Shown here piece by piece: positions 9,042 through 17,685 of a stretch of 34,444 nucleotides of DNA. The stretch comes from a virus. Lineage: Duplodnaviria; Caudoviricetes. Numbering within the stretch: position 1 is the stretch's first letter; every line of letters starts with the position of its first letter. The notes beneath the pieces were generated by a model, which was not told the origin of the DNA, did no database searches, and saw only the letters and a program-made list of their open reading frames with translations. Made by a program: the position numbers and the translations under genes. Where the stretch lies: positions 1 through 34,444 of the IMG/VR virus record IMGVR_UViG_3300022666_000086. One strand, written 5' to 3'.

Positions 9042-10967
9042 TCACTCCGCTACCACGGCATTTGAGATGATGCCGTTGTAGTAGTCAACTATGAACCGCT
9101 TGATGTGGCCAACGTTCTCAGCTTCGAGCTTGACCCTCACCAGGCCCTTGTCGCCCTCGGACCGCCCGGATTTGACCGTCAGGGTGTAGGCGTCCATGAC
9201 CTCATCCGCTACCAGCCGGTCAAGCACATTGGCTATATCCTCGCGGAATGTCGCCCTGACACTGGGGGTGTTCTTGGCGAAGTAGAACATGTCCGTGTAG
9301 TACTTGATGACCCAAGTCATGTAATTGATAGTCCGGACATCCACGCACTCCATATACTGCGATACGTTAGAGGTATTGCGGCCATAGAATGAGAATATCC
9401 CGGCATTGGTCTTTACAAGCACATCAAGCCTGCTGTTGTGCAGTGCTCGGACAGTCTCCCTGCGGTAGGTGTTCAGCAGCCCCTGGGCAGAAAGCCCCTG
9501 CAGGCTCATGTTGGACACCCGCCTGGCACAAGACGTTCCCAGAGGCGCGGTAGCCTCCTGAGCAGCCCTGGCAACAGTCGCATCCAGCCTTTCTGGTGCA
9601 GTCCGGTCCCACGGGTTGACAACCAGGGCAAGCTCATAGTTTGAGAAGTTGCTTGCTATGGCGTTTGCGTGCTCCACAGTCTCGTTCGGCACCATCCCGA
9701 TGAACCCCATGTAGGGATAGAAGTTGGCTTTGGCTTCGTTGAGCTTCCCCGCCAGGATCGGGATCAGGTCATAAGTTCCTGCCGCAATCTCGTTGTCACA
9801 GTAGACGCAACTGGTGATGTTGACCAGGTAATCCTCGATGTACTGGTGGAGCACGTCGGAGGCGGCAGCATAATCAGCCGTATCGATGGCATCTCCATCA
9901 TCTCCTCCAGCCAGCACGTAGGTGCCGTTGGCAGGCAGATGGGTGGCATTGGCGTCCGGGGTGAAGTTCACTATATCGTTGTAGACCAGAGCCGCCTGGA
10001 TAGCTGCCAGATCGTTCAGATTGTCAATGGCAGGATAGGCGGTCTCACCATCGTGAATAGTGACCTTCTTGGACGTGTAGAGGACGTTGACAGTTATGGC
10101 ATCGGTCTCTTCGGGCTCTTCACCAGCAAAGAATGTCACAGCGCCATTGGCCTTGTCAACAAAGACTTCGCCCGCGCCCAGCCCCAGAGCGGTATAGACG
10201 ATGGTGCGCTCTGCATTGCCCACGAGCACCTTGTTCTCATCGTCCTCGATCAGGTCATGGAACTTCAGGTAGTACGGCCCGACGGTCCCATCTCCCGGAA
10301 ACTCTTCAACATCTCGGGCGTCAAACGTGCCGTCCGCAACCACCGCAAAGGCAGAATTCCCGCCAATACCAGTGTTCGGGCTCTCCCATGCACCGAGGTT
10401 GCCATAGTGCTCCAGGGAGCATGTGACCAGCTCGTCAGCCTCCGGGCCTTGTGCTGTGAAGAAGGTCAGAGTGCCGTTCTCCTGGTCAAGATAGACTTTG
10501 CCTGTAACCAGACCAGCCTCGGTGTAGACTATTGGTATAGGATCTCCAGAGCCGATTCTCACGCTATTGGCCACGTTCTGAGTATAACATTTGTAGCCCA
10601 GATCGTAAGGTCCCTCAGCGTTACCCCCATAGAATGTCTCGGTCTCGGTATTTGTGAGTCCATCGTGGGCATACTTCTTGGCATTGGCGTACCCTCCACC
10701 AAGCACCCTGATGAGGTAGGCTGCTGGCAGTCCCTGGGCGAAAGCCACTCTACCAGCTCTCTGGAGAGGACCGCTCTTGAAGACGTCACTGACCTCTCCT
10801 TCGCTGGTGAGGGGGACCACAGTCATGGCCGGTCCATGCGTGGCTTCGCCGATAGCGGCCATTATGTTCGATCCGAACGGCACCGGCACTGTTCCCATTA
10901 TGCCAAATCGAATGACAAGCCCGACTGGATATGAGCTATCTCCTATCTGTTCAATGATTTCAGACAC
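9042..10967 (-). CDS. Contractile tail sheath protein (641 aa)
   Basis: AAIGEATHGP, AYLIRV, LAGGDDG, and a C-terminal domain (DVRTINY, KNTPSVRATFREDIANVLDRLV, VRVKLEAENVGHIKRFIV); GTG start. Confidence 0.9.
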   Translation of the reverse strand: MSEIIEQIGDSSYPVGLVIRFGIMGTVPVPFGSNIMAAIGEATHGPAMTVVPLTSEGEVSDVFKSGPLQRAGRVAFAQGLPAAYLIRVLGGGYANAKKYAHDGLTNTETETFYGGNAEGPYDLGYKCYTQNVANSVRIGSGDPIPIVYTEAGLVTGKVYLDQENGTLTFFTAQGPEADELVTCSLEHYGNLGAWESPNTGIGGNSAFAVVADGTFDARDVEEFPGDGTVGPYYLKFHDLIEDDENKVLVGNAERTIVYTALGLGAGEVFVDKANGAVTFFAGEEPEETDAITVNVLYTSKKVTIHDGETAYPAIDNLNDLAAIQAALVYNDIVNFTPDANATHLPANGTYVLAGGDDGDAIDTADYAAASDVLHQYIEDYLVNITSCVYCDNEIAAGTYDLIPILAGKLNEAKANFYPYMGFIGMVPNETVEHANAIASNFSNYELALVVNPWDRTAPERLDATVARAAQEATAPLGTSCARRVSNMSLQGLSAQGLLNTYRRETVRALHNSRLDVLVKTNAGIFSFYGRNTSNVSQYMECVDVRTINYMTWVIKYYTDMFYFAKNTPSVRATFREDIANVLDRLVADEVMDAYTLTVKSGRSEGDKGLVRVKLEAENVGHIKRFIVDYYNGIISNAVVAE

Positions 10968-11226
10968 CGGATATCACGTCTCCTTGCGGTTCGTTCCAGC
11001 TCACTGTCTTGCTCTTGCTTTTGGTTTTCTTGACCTCTTCTTTGGGTGCTGATTCTGGTTCGGGTTCGATCAGAACACCCCATCTCCGGAGCTGGTCTCG
11101 TTCAATGATCTTGACCCGCTCCTTTCCAATTGCAACTTTTCCGGTCCGCAGCAACCACTTCAGCGACGCTGAAGAAATCGCCCCGTCCCCTTGAAAATTT
11201 ATCAAAGTTCCTTTCTGACGCACCAT
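10960..11226 (-). CDS. Small hypothetical protein upstream of the sheath (88 aa)
   Basis: AGGTGA RBS; Lys/Glu-rich tail; overlaps the sheath start. Confidence 0.65.
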   Translation of the reverse strand: MVRQKGTLINFQGDGAISSASLKWLLRTGKVAIGKERVKIIERDQLRRWGVLIEPEPESAPKEEVKKTKSKSKTVSWNEPQGDVISGV

Positions 11227-11250
11227 ATTATCACCTTTTCAAAATAATAA

Positions 11251-11790
11251 TCATGGATCTGATTCAATCAGGTCGATATCGATATCAATCGTCTGGATGG
11301 TATCGAACGGCACCGACCATTTGAATTTGTACTCTACAAAAAAGTCAACTGCTCTACGATGGACAAACTTTTTGAGAAGTTCGTTCCTATACGGCGGAGC
11401 ATATTGGGGGGGATCAGTCCCCCTAAACTGGATGTTATTGCAAACAGGATTGAGCCCCAGCTCTGCCTGGTAGAGGAGCGTATAGAACAGGCTCGTAAGA
11501 GTCTCTACTTGGGTTATATCCAGAGCCTCGATGACACATGATATCCTAGCCCGCTGCAGTTGACCGTACCAATTGGTCCTCAGCTTCTTGTCTACCGAGA
11601 GCTCAGAATAGATGTCTCTCTGGATCTCGCCTACCGGGATACCCTGGGATATGATCGATACCACCATACAGGGATACTCGGGCTGGTTGTGGTATTGGCC
11701 TGCCCGGGTCTTCGGAAGGGTCACATCCTCGGCAAGCTCGTTTGGAATGCCCTCAAAGATGCTGGTCCACTGGGCAGGGCTGAGCGTCAT
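11251..11790 (-). CDS. Tail terminator / tail completion protein (putative)
   Basis: 179 aa; PEYPCMVVSII motif and a C-terminal DTIQTIDIDI; position just upstream of the sheath. Confidence 0.6.
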   Translation of the reverse strand: MTLSPAQWTSIFEGIPNELAEDVTLPKTRAGQYHNQPEYPCMVVSIISQGIPVGEIQRDIYSELSVDKKLRTNWYGQLQRARISCVIEALDITQVETLTSLFYTLLYQAELGLNPVCNNIQFRGTDPPQYAPPYRNELLKKFVHRRAVDFFVEYKFKWSVPFDTIQTIDIDIDLIESDP

Positions 11791-13532
11791 ACCTTCTCCT
11801 TCTTAGAGCTGTATACCCCATAGCCCACATCAGGCACCATGATATCGAATACCTGCGGGAACTTCCGGTCCATCTTGGTCAATCTCTCAGGCAGATCGTT
11901 CTCCAGGATGATGATATCGCAGCGGTGAGAGATTGGAACTATCCGCCTGATGCCCATGTCAACATAGAGCCGATTGCGAACCCGGCTCTCAAAGACTCCA
12001 TCTATATCGAGAACTGGCAGCTTGTCTGCCGATAGGATCTGATCTATGGATTGGTCTTTGGTGACACTTCCCTCAAGATGCCTATCACACTGGAGGATAG
12101 TAGTTGCTTGTCCCTCGAATAACGCATCCGTCGGGAGGATTGCTGGAATGGGTTTGCTCAGCAGGACGTCTGCCTGTTGATCGGCTTGGGAAGTCGTATC
12201 TATAATAACATCCAGGCTCAGCGGTTTTTCTACTGTGCCATCTACCCCCATGTCCGCTTCGAAGCTCAGGTTTTGTTTCCTATATCCTTCGCCGGGTTCC
12301 CAGTAGCCGTGATTATCGCAGACACCGTAAACCCATGTGTTCACTGCATAGTTGTCATCCAGGAACTCGCCTCCATAGGTCGGGACGTCGTCCATGTCTG
12401 CAGAATCGTAGACCTTGATCGTGGCCGGATCAATTGAGATTGCGTTGGTCATCGAGACATCAGTGTACAGGCTCAGGCTTGGGGCACCATCGCCCCCCTG
12501 GGCGGAAAAGATCAGGGTGTCCCGTTCGCTCGATCCGGTCACTGGCAGGTCATAAGAGCTAACCTGGTTGTCGCTCGTTGCAAGCGGCCTCTGGAGGATG
12601 TAGCGGAACCAGAAGTTCCCATAAACCTCTCCATCGATTGTGTACCCTGAAAAGGTCTTGAACAGGCGAGTATAATATTTCCTGCTCACCGGCTTGATAT
12701 CTTTCGTCTTGACCACGAAAGTAGCATCATCCGCCGTTGGCCCGTCCACACTGGCAACGACGATCTCGCTGATCAGGAACCCGTCTCGCCTCTCATCAAT
12801 GACATCTGGTGGTGGAAAACAGTTATGCCAATTTTTCAGGTCGTTGTCGTAGACTATCGCCTCATCGCTATCAATGTACATGTCCCATGAGTGGAACGTA
12901 GTCCAAGACGTGCCCGAATCGACGGTCCTGCACATCCAGGGGCCATGACCGCACAAGGCAGTCCCACAAGCTCCTGCTATGCAGGGGATACTCTGACCGG
13001 TGTAGACTGGCAGAGTATCGGCCGGGTGGATCGTCCTCATGTCACATACTTGGGTCCAACTCCTTGCGATGTTAGTGGACCTCCAGATTACATGACCATC
13101 GGTGCAGAGAAGGATGTCTCCTCCGCCGATATTGCAGAAAGCACAGTTCGTGCCTGCTGGCAGGTCCGAGATCTTGATCCATGTAGCCCCGGCTTTCACG
13201 GTCTCATAGAAGCCTTCAGAGGTGTTCATGATAGCCCAACCAAAGGCGACCATCACGATGTCATAGATGACCTCCCCCGGAGCAGCCAGCCATGCCAGTT
13301 CCCAGTCGATCCCATAGTTCTTGCTGCGGTAGACTGCCCACCGGCCATCAGACCGTTTTGCGATAGCTAGGTGAGTCCGGCCATAGATGTGCATCCCCTT
13401 CTTGATGAACAAGATATTGTCTGGGAATGCCCGAGACCTCCACCACTTTTTGTAATGCGGGATATCAAAAGTGCCCAGCATGTAGGACACATTAGGCAGG
13501 GCCACCAGTACTACAGGAGTTCTAGTAGCCAT
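11787..13532 (-). CDS. Tail/baseplate adhesin with BNR/Asp-box (sialidase-like beta-propeller) N-terminus and 14-aa repeat C-terminus
   Basis: Asp-box-like motifs RSKNYGIDW, ETVKAGATW, RSTNIARSW, RTVDSGTSW. Confidence 0.7.
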   Translation of the reverse strand: MATRTPVVLVALPNVSYMLGTFDIPHYKKWWRSRAFPDNILFIKKGMHIYGRTHLAIAKRSDGRWAVYRSKNYGIDWELAWLAAPGEVIYDIVMVAFGWAIMNTSEGFYETVKAGATWIKISDLPAGTNCAFCNIGGGDILLCTDGHVIWRSTNIARSWTQVCDMRTIHPADTLPVYTGQSIPCIAGACGTALCGHGPWMCRTVDSGTSWTTFHSWDMYIDSDEAIVYDNDLKNWHNCFPPPDVIDERRDGFLISEIVVASVDGPTADDATFVVKTKDIKPVSRKYYTRLFKTFSGYTIDGEVYGNFWFRYILQRPLATSDNQVSSYDLPVTGSSERDTLIFSAQGGDGAPSLSLYTDVSMTNAISIDPATIKVYDSADMDDVPTYGGEFLDDNYAVNTWVYGVCDNHGYWEPGEGYRKQNLSFEADMGVDGTVEKPLSLDVIIDTTSQADQQADVLLSKPIPAILPTDALFEGQATTILQCDRHLEGSVTKDQSIDQILSADKLPVLDIDGVFESRVRNRLYVDMGIRRIVPISHRCDIIILENDLPERLTKMDRKFPQVFDIMVPDVGYGVYSSKKEKV

Positions 13533-14614
13533 TATGTCAGCTCCATCGCAACTACCAGGGTCTTGTATTTCGGCTTCTCCGAGATGTGGTCAACCTGGAA
13601 ATAGCCATGCTGGGCTTTCATGCAGAGCACGTCTATAGACTGCGATTTCGTGGTAAGCTTCTCCTGGATGATATCGGATAGCTGGTCTATGACCTGGCTA
13701 GCCTCGTTGGCTATATCCAGAAGCAGCTGTTTCCTGTTTTTGCTGACCAGATGCATGTCTACCGGTTCAGACTGGTAATGTGAAGTCTCTGAGCATAGAT
13801 CCGCTTCGTTGATTGCCGATCCAGCATCAAACAGATCTACTGTTGTCATGAACTGCCATTGCCTTCGCCCGAGGACGTTGATGTCTGCAGTCATGTCTGC
13901 AATATGATCTCCTGATAGGCATATGTCAGCCCAGGAATCCTTGTACGGGAACCTGGTAGACCAGGTGATCCCGGCGGCCACCATGTTATCCAGAGCTTCG
14001 GAGAGTTCGGGATACTTGGATTCGGCTAGCTTCATGGCGGTTGGGTTTTTCCAGAACACCTCGATCTCGCCGGGCCAGTATGTCTTGATGTCTGCCGCAT
14101 CCTTGTAGCCCAGGATATGGTTTATTACCGATTCACATTCGGGTTTTGTGCCGCTCGATTTCATGATTGACAGGCGAGTGGACAAGCGAGACCGGAAGCT
14201 GCTATCGGATTCGTCGTACCGTCTCTTCAGAGCCAGGATCTTAGCCCAGTGCTGGTCCATGTCTTCAGTCGTGGCATCCGGCAGAGCCAGACGCAAGCCC
14301 ATAGTGGATATGGCATCTACAAGGGCCTCGACCTCCTGACCATACGACCAGACGATAGCATTGATGATTGTTTCAGAAAACTTGGGGTTATTCCTTTCGT
14401 GAGTCAGGATCGTATCGACAGCCAGCGATCGGAGCATGCTGTAGCCGCTCATTCCTACATAGAAGCTGAGCGACTTGGTCTGATCTATCACCAGATCGGC
14501 CTGGTGGACAACCGGGAGGGCGGCAGCCTCGAGGATGATATCGAGCGTGTAGCTGCCGTTGCCCGGAAACCCCTCGATGAAAGATTCATCGAATATGCCC
14601 TCATCGAATATCAT
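13532..14614 (-). CDS. Baseplate wedge protein (P2 gpI / DUF2313-like core) with 14-aa repeats
   Basis: DATTEDMDQHWAKILALKRRYDESDSSFRSRL...SGTK..CESVINHILG...VAAGI resembles the gpI-type wedge core. Confidence 0.65.
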   Translation of the reverse strand: MIFDEGIFDESFIEGFPGNGSYTLDIILEAAALPVVHQADLVIDQTKSLSFYVGMSGYSMLRSLAVDTILTHERNNPKFSETIINAIVWSYGQEVEALVDAISTMGLRLALPDATTEDMDQHWAKILALKRRYDESDSSFRSRLSTRLSIMKSSGTKPECESVINHILGYKDAADIKTYWPGEIEVFWKNPTAMKLAESKYPELSEALDNMVAAGITWSTRFPYKDSWADICLSGDHIADMTADINVLGRRQWQFMTTVDLFDAGSAINEADLCSETSHYQSEPVDMHLVSKNRKQLLLDIANEASQVIDQLSDIIQEKLTTKSQSIDVLCMKAQHGYFQVDHISEKPKYKTLVVAMELT

Positions 14615-15267
14615 GCCGGAGCCTTCCGATTAATTTTGTAGTCGAGAATGAAGTGCCGTTGCGTGTTCTGGGCCTGAGTACAGGTCTTCCAATCGCCTTC
14701 ATCAATATCCATGTACTCAACCTCCCGACACCTATCGGAAATCTCCAGAACGTAGCTCGTGTAGTGGCTTTCCTGGTAGAAGTCGCCTATACACTCGATA
14801 TGCCTGAGGCCTCGGGGCAGCGTTGCTTCGCAGTCCGGGCACCTCACCTGATCGGTTTCCTGGTCTATGATGGGATCGTCTTTCAGAGCATCACAAGATC
14901 CGCAGTACCATTGGTTTTTAGCCAGGCATCGAGGGCACTCTTCCAGATCAGGACTGAACTCCATCTGGCATATTCCGCAGATCTGGCGGAGGTCGTACCG
15001 GAGTTTGCCCACCCGGTATAGCCTGGCACCCCCGCCAATGGGGATATCAAACACCAGAGGCGGTAAATTGGAAGGTTCTGCCCTGTCACCCTGCTTACAG
15101 ACCTTTTCTGCCAGGCCCGGCGATATGGGATAGAAGAGTACCTGGGCTACTGGATCTTTGTCCTCCCCGGACTCGTGGCTCTTTCCCGAGAACGGATCGA
15201 ACTGAGAAAATGCCGATCCGTCCGGGTGGACTTTGATCCAGTACCTCCGAAAAAGAGGTTGAGCCAT
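14611..15267 (-). CDS. Double zinc-ribbon protein (218 aa)
   Basis: Four CxxC motifs: CGIC, CPRC, CGSC, CPDC. Confidence 0.75.
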   Translation of the reverse strand: MAQPLFRRYWIKVHPDGSAFSQFDPFSGKSHESGEDKDPVAQVLFYPISPGLAEKVCKQGDRAEPSNLPPLVFDIPIGGGARLYRVGKLRYDLRQICGICQMEFSPDLEECPRCLAKNQWYCGSCDALKDDPIIDQETDQVRCPDCEATLPRGLRHIECIGDFYQESHYTSYVLEISDRCREVEYMDIDEGDWKTCTQAQNTQRHFILDYKINRKAPA

Positions 15268-15276
15268 CGGGCAGCC

Positions 15277-15885
15277 CTAGAATATGTTGTAGATCCAGGT
15301 GATACTTTTGGCAGTCTTCTTGCCGTAAGATGCCTGTGGCGGGATCTTTGCGGAAGCCACCAGCGCCTTGCTATAGAAGTCGTCTGTGTAGGGCCCGGAG
15401 TCCACCAGATGAGGGGCATCTGCAAGGCACTCATCGAAGTTCTTGACCGGAGTGCTCTGGTCCTTGTAGTAGGGATGCCCGTTCACAACATCCTCGATCG
15501 AATGGCCTGTGGTGCCTATGGTCCCCGTAGCTACTTCGTATTCGTCAGAACCGTGAAGTACTGCATCAATGGGCAGGCCATTGTCGCCAGTATCCCGGTT
15601 TCCAACAAACAGGCCCCCGCCGTTTGCAGGGCTCAGGCCCCAGTCGTCAGCGAACTCACCATCTCCATAGGCATAGATGTCTCTCACCTGATTGAAATCG
15701 CCGGTGATGTACAGGCACCAGGTCTTCCGGAATGAATAGTTGAATCCAGACGCAGGAATCCTGCAGGGGTGGTTCAGTAACGGCTCTACACTATCCTCGG
15801 TACAGAACCGGGCGACCTTGCTAGCGAGCGAAGTTTTGACGCCTCCGGCTCCGTTCAGTTCCATAATTACTGCTGTCTCTGCCAT
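15277..15885 (-). CDS. Virion structural protein, tail/fibre module (202 aa)
   Basis: GAGGT RBS; PCRIPASGFNYSFRK motif reminiscent of phage structural proteins; operon context. Confidence 0.65.
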   Translation of the reverse strand: MAETAVIMELNGAGGVKTSLASKVARFCTEDSVEPLLNHPCRIPASGFNYSFRKTWCLYITGDFNQVRDIYAYGDGEFADDWGLSPANGGGLFVGNRDTGDNGLPIDAVLHGSDEYEVATGTIGTTGHSIEDVVNGHPYYKDQSTPVKNFDECLADAPHLVDSGPYTDDFYSKALVASAKIPPQASYGKKTAKSITWIYNIF

Positions 15886-15911
15886 AAGAATACCTCAAAT
15901 ATCAAAAATTG

Positions 15912-16262
15912 TCAGTTCAAAACAGGATCAGTAGGAACACCGTACTGGATGTTCCAGTTCTTGGGGGGTGCATGATCGAATGCAGAAGGTGATTTGACTA
16001 TGATTATATCGGCCCGAAGTCCCGAGCGTACACATCTCTCTAGGGCGACGTCGCACATGAACAACAGGCCGGTCTGGAGGTCAACGATCTCAACCAGTTC
16101 TAGCTCATCTCGGAATTCTTCGATTTTGTCTTCTTCAGAACCCCCGCCCGCGATTTCGGCCTCAACTGCGGCAAGCAAATCTTCGTACGGGTCTTCCCCA
16201 AGCTCTACCGGAAACTGAGTGACCAACCAGATTAGATAGGTCAACTCAGGAGATAATGCCAT
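15912..16262 (-). CDS. Acidic hypothetical protein (116 aa) with two 14-aa repeat units
   Basis: ORF fits the operon; contains CDVALERCVRSGLR-ADIIIV. Confidence 0.65.
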   Translation of the reverse strand: MALSPELTYLIWLVTQFPVELGEDPYEDLLAAVEAEIAGGGSEEDKIEEFRDELELVEIVDLQTGLLFMCDVALERCVRSGLRADIIIVKSPSAFDHAPPKNWNIQYGVPTDPVLN

Positions 16263-16269
16263 AAAAAAC

Positions 16270-16635
16270 CTACACCGCTTCTATGTAGTAGTCCACGCCA
16301 CCAACCACGCGGTCAGCAGCTTCGGCCTTGAGGACAAGAGCCTCATTAGTGCCCAGGTTGCAGTGCTCAGAAAAATCGAGTGCTACTACTGGGCCTACCA
16401 CAGTCTTGATCGTGGTCGATCCGCTCTTGATTAGAACCTCAGAATTGTTTGCTGTTGACGCGGTGGTCATTATGAGAAGGTGACAGATCCGTATGCGATA
16501 TCCCGCGCCCGGTGCTGCTATGATGGTCTGGGCATCGACAGTCGAGAAATCAATGTTTGCATGGAGCTGAACCTCCTTCCCGAACGTCCGCAGAGTATCT
16601 AGAATAGATTGAATATTCTGCCTGATTGTAACCAT
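16270..16635 (-). CDS. Small beta-sandwich structural protein (121 aa)
   Basis: GAGGTGA RBS; IIAAPGAGYRIRI...LGTNEALVL beta pattern. Confidence 0.65.
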   Translation of the reverse strand: MVTIRQNIQSILDTLRTFGKEVQLHANIDFSTVDAQTIIAAPGAGYRIRICHLLIMTTASTANNSEVLIKSGSTTIKTVVGPVVALDFSEHCNLGTNEALVLKAEAADRVVGGVDYYIEAV

Positions 16636-16639
16636 TTAA

Positions 16640-17017
16640 TCACCTCATCTGCTTTTTTATCTGATCCCAGATCTCGTTAGCCATCTCTTCAGCAGCTTTT
16701 GGCGCTGTTTCGTCGAACGCGGGCCTCAGGAATGGTCTGGCAGGGATGTCTCGGGTCCCATATTCGTTATATCTCGCCCTTTTGGCAATCTCCGGATCGA
16801 AAATGCCGATCTCTCCTATTATCTGGCCGCTCTTGATTGTCTGGCGATGGGTGACATGCCCCACCATCTCGCTCGTATCGACCAGCGTCTTGGACGAGCC
16901 CTTCTGCCGGATCGTTGAAGGGGCATTGGGAGGAGGCACGTTAGAAAGAATCTTCTTAACGATGGCATTCTCGATCTTGATAAGAGCCTTCTCGTGTGGT
17001 CCCTTAAAATCGATCAT
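16640..17017 (-). CDS. Neck/tail completion protein (Mu gpG / P2 gpS / HK97 gp10-like)
   Basis: PPNAPSTIRQKGSSKTLVDT and NEYGTRDIPARPFLRPA motifs. Confidence 0.85.
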   Translation of the reverse strand: MIDFKGPHEKALIKIENAIVKKILSNVPPPNAPSTIRQKGSSKTLVDTSEMVGHVTHRQTIKSGQIIGEIGIFDPEIAKRARYNEYGTRDIPARPFLRPAFDETAPKAAEEMANEIWDQIKKQMR

Positions 17018-17682
17018 AGCAAAAGCCCCATCTCAAACGCATACTGCCTAGCAATATCCTGTTCAGTCCGGTGATAATCGAGGAAAGCAACCTCATCCAT
17101 CATACCTTGAACAGCTTCCGAGTCGTCACCAAAAAGCTCAATGCCTTCGCGGGTATATCCGACAGCAGTGCCCGGAGTCATTTCTATATATTTTGTTCCA
17201 TTGATATACAGATAGGCCTTTGTGCCGTCTGCAGTGACATCGCACTTATACCACCGCCCGAGCACTGCCGTGAAATCTGCCAGAGTGCCGGTTGGATAGG
17301 TGTTCGCCTCTAGCTGAATTTTGTAGCCTTCCCCGGATGGCCTGCAATAAGTCACCCTGACGCTTTTATAGGTGGTCAAAAACGGACCGGACTTGTACAT
17401 CCATAGCACAAACTCGTATCCGAACCCACTGGCTGGTTGGGTGTCGATCTTGAACCAGAAGCTCAGGCCGAAGATCTTAGTTCTCAGGTCTACGCCAACG
17501 CTATCAGAGTAATCCAGATGATCATCATTGTTGGAATCAAGGGCGTTACCAAACTTTCCAGCAGAGAATACCTTGTATGCGCTGGCGCTAAGATTCCGGC
17601 CATTTCCGGAGCTGTCTGACCCATCCGATTCCAGATGGTAAAGAGCCTGGCAGCCTGAGTGAGGTATAACTTCCCCGAGCAT
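17014..17682 (-). CDS. LamG / concanavalin-A-like lectin domain protein
   Basis: ALYHLE..GSDSSGNGRNL, GKFGNAL, LSFWFK, AYLYING, GMMDEVAF motifs. Confidence 0.88.
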   Translation of the reverse strand: MLGEVIPHSGCQALYHLESDGSDSSGNGRNLSASAYKVFSAGKFGNALDSNNDDHLDYSDSVGVDLRTKIFGLSFWFKIDTQPASGFGYEFVLWMYKSGPFLTTYKSVRVTYCRPSGEGYKIQLEANTYPTGTLADFTAVLGRWYKCDVTADGTKAYLYINGTKYIEMTPGTAVGYTREGIELFGDDSEAVQGMMDEVAFLDYHRTEQDIARQYAFEMGLLL

Positions 17683-17685
17683 GAT

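Noticed and set aside
9669-10934. 421-aa plus-strand ORF (likewise 7011..7769, 20089..20874, 22648..23262, 26902..27492)
   Set aside because: Antisense mirrors of well-supported minus-strand structural genes, expected from codon bias in GC-rich DNA.
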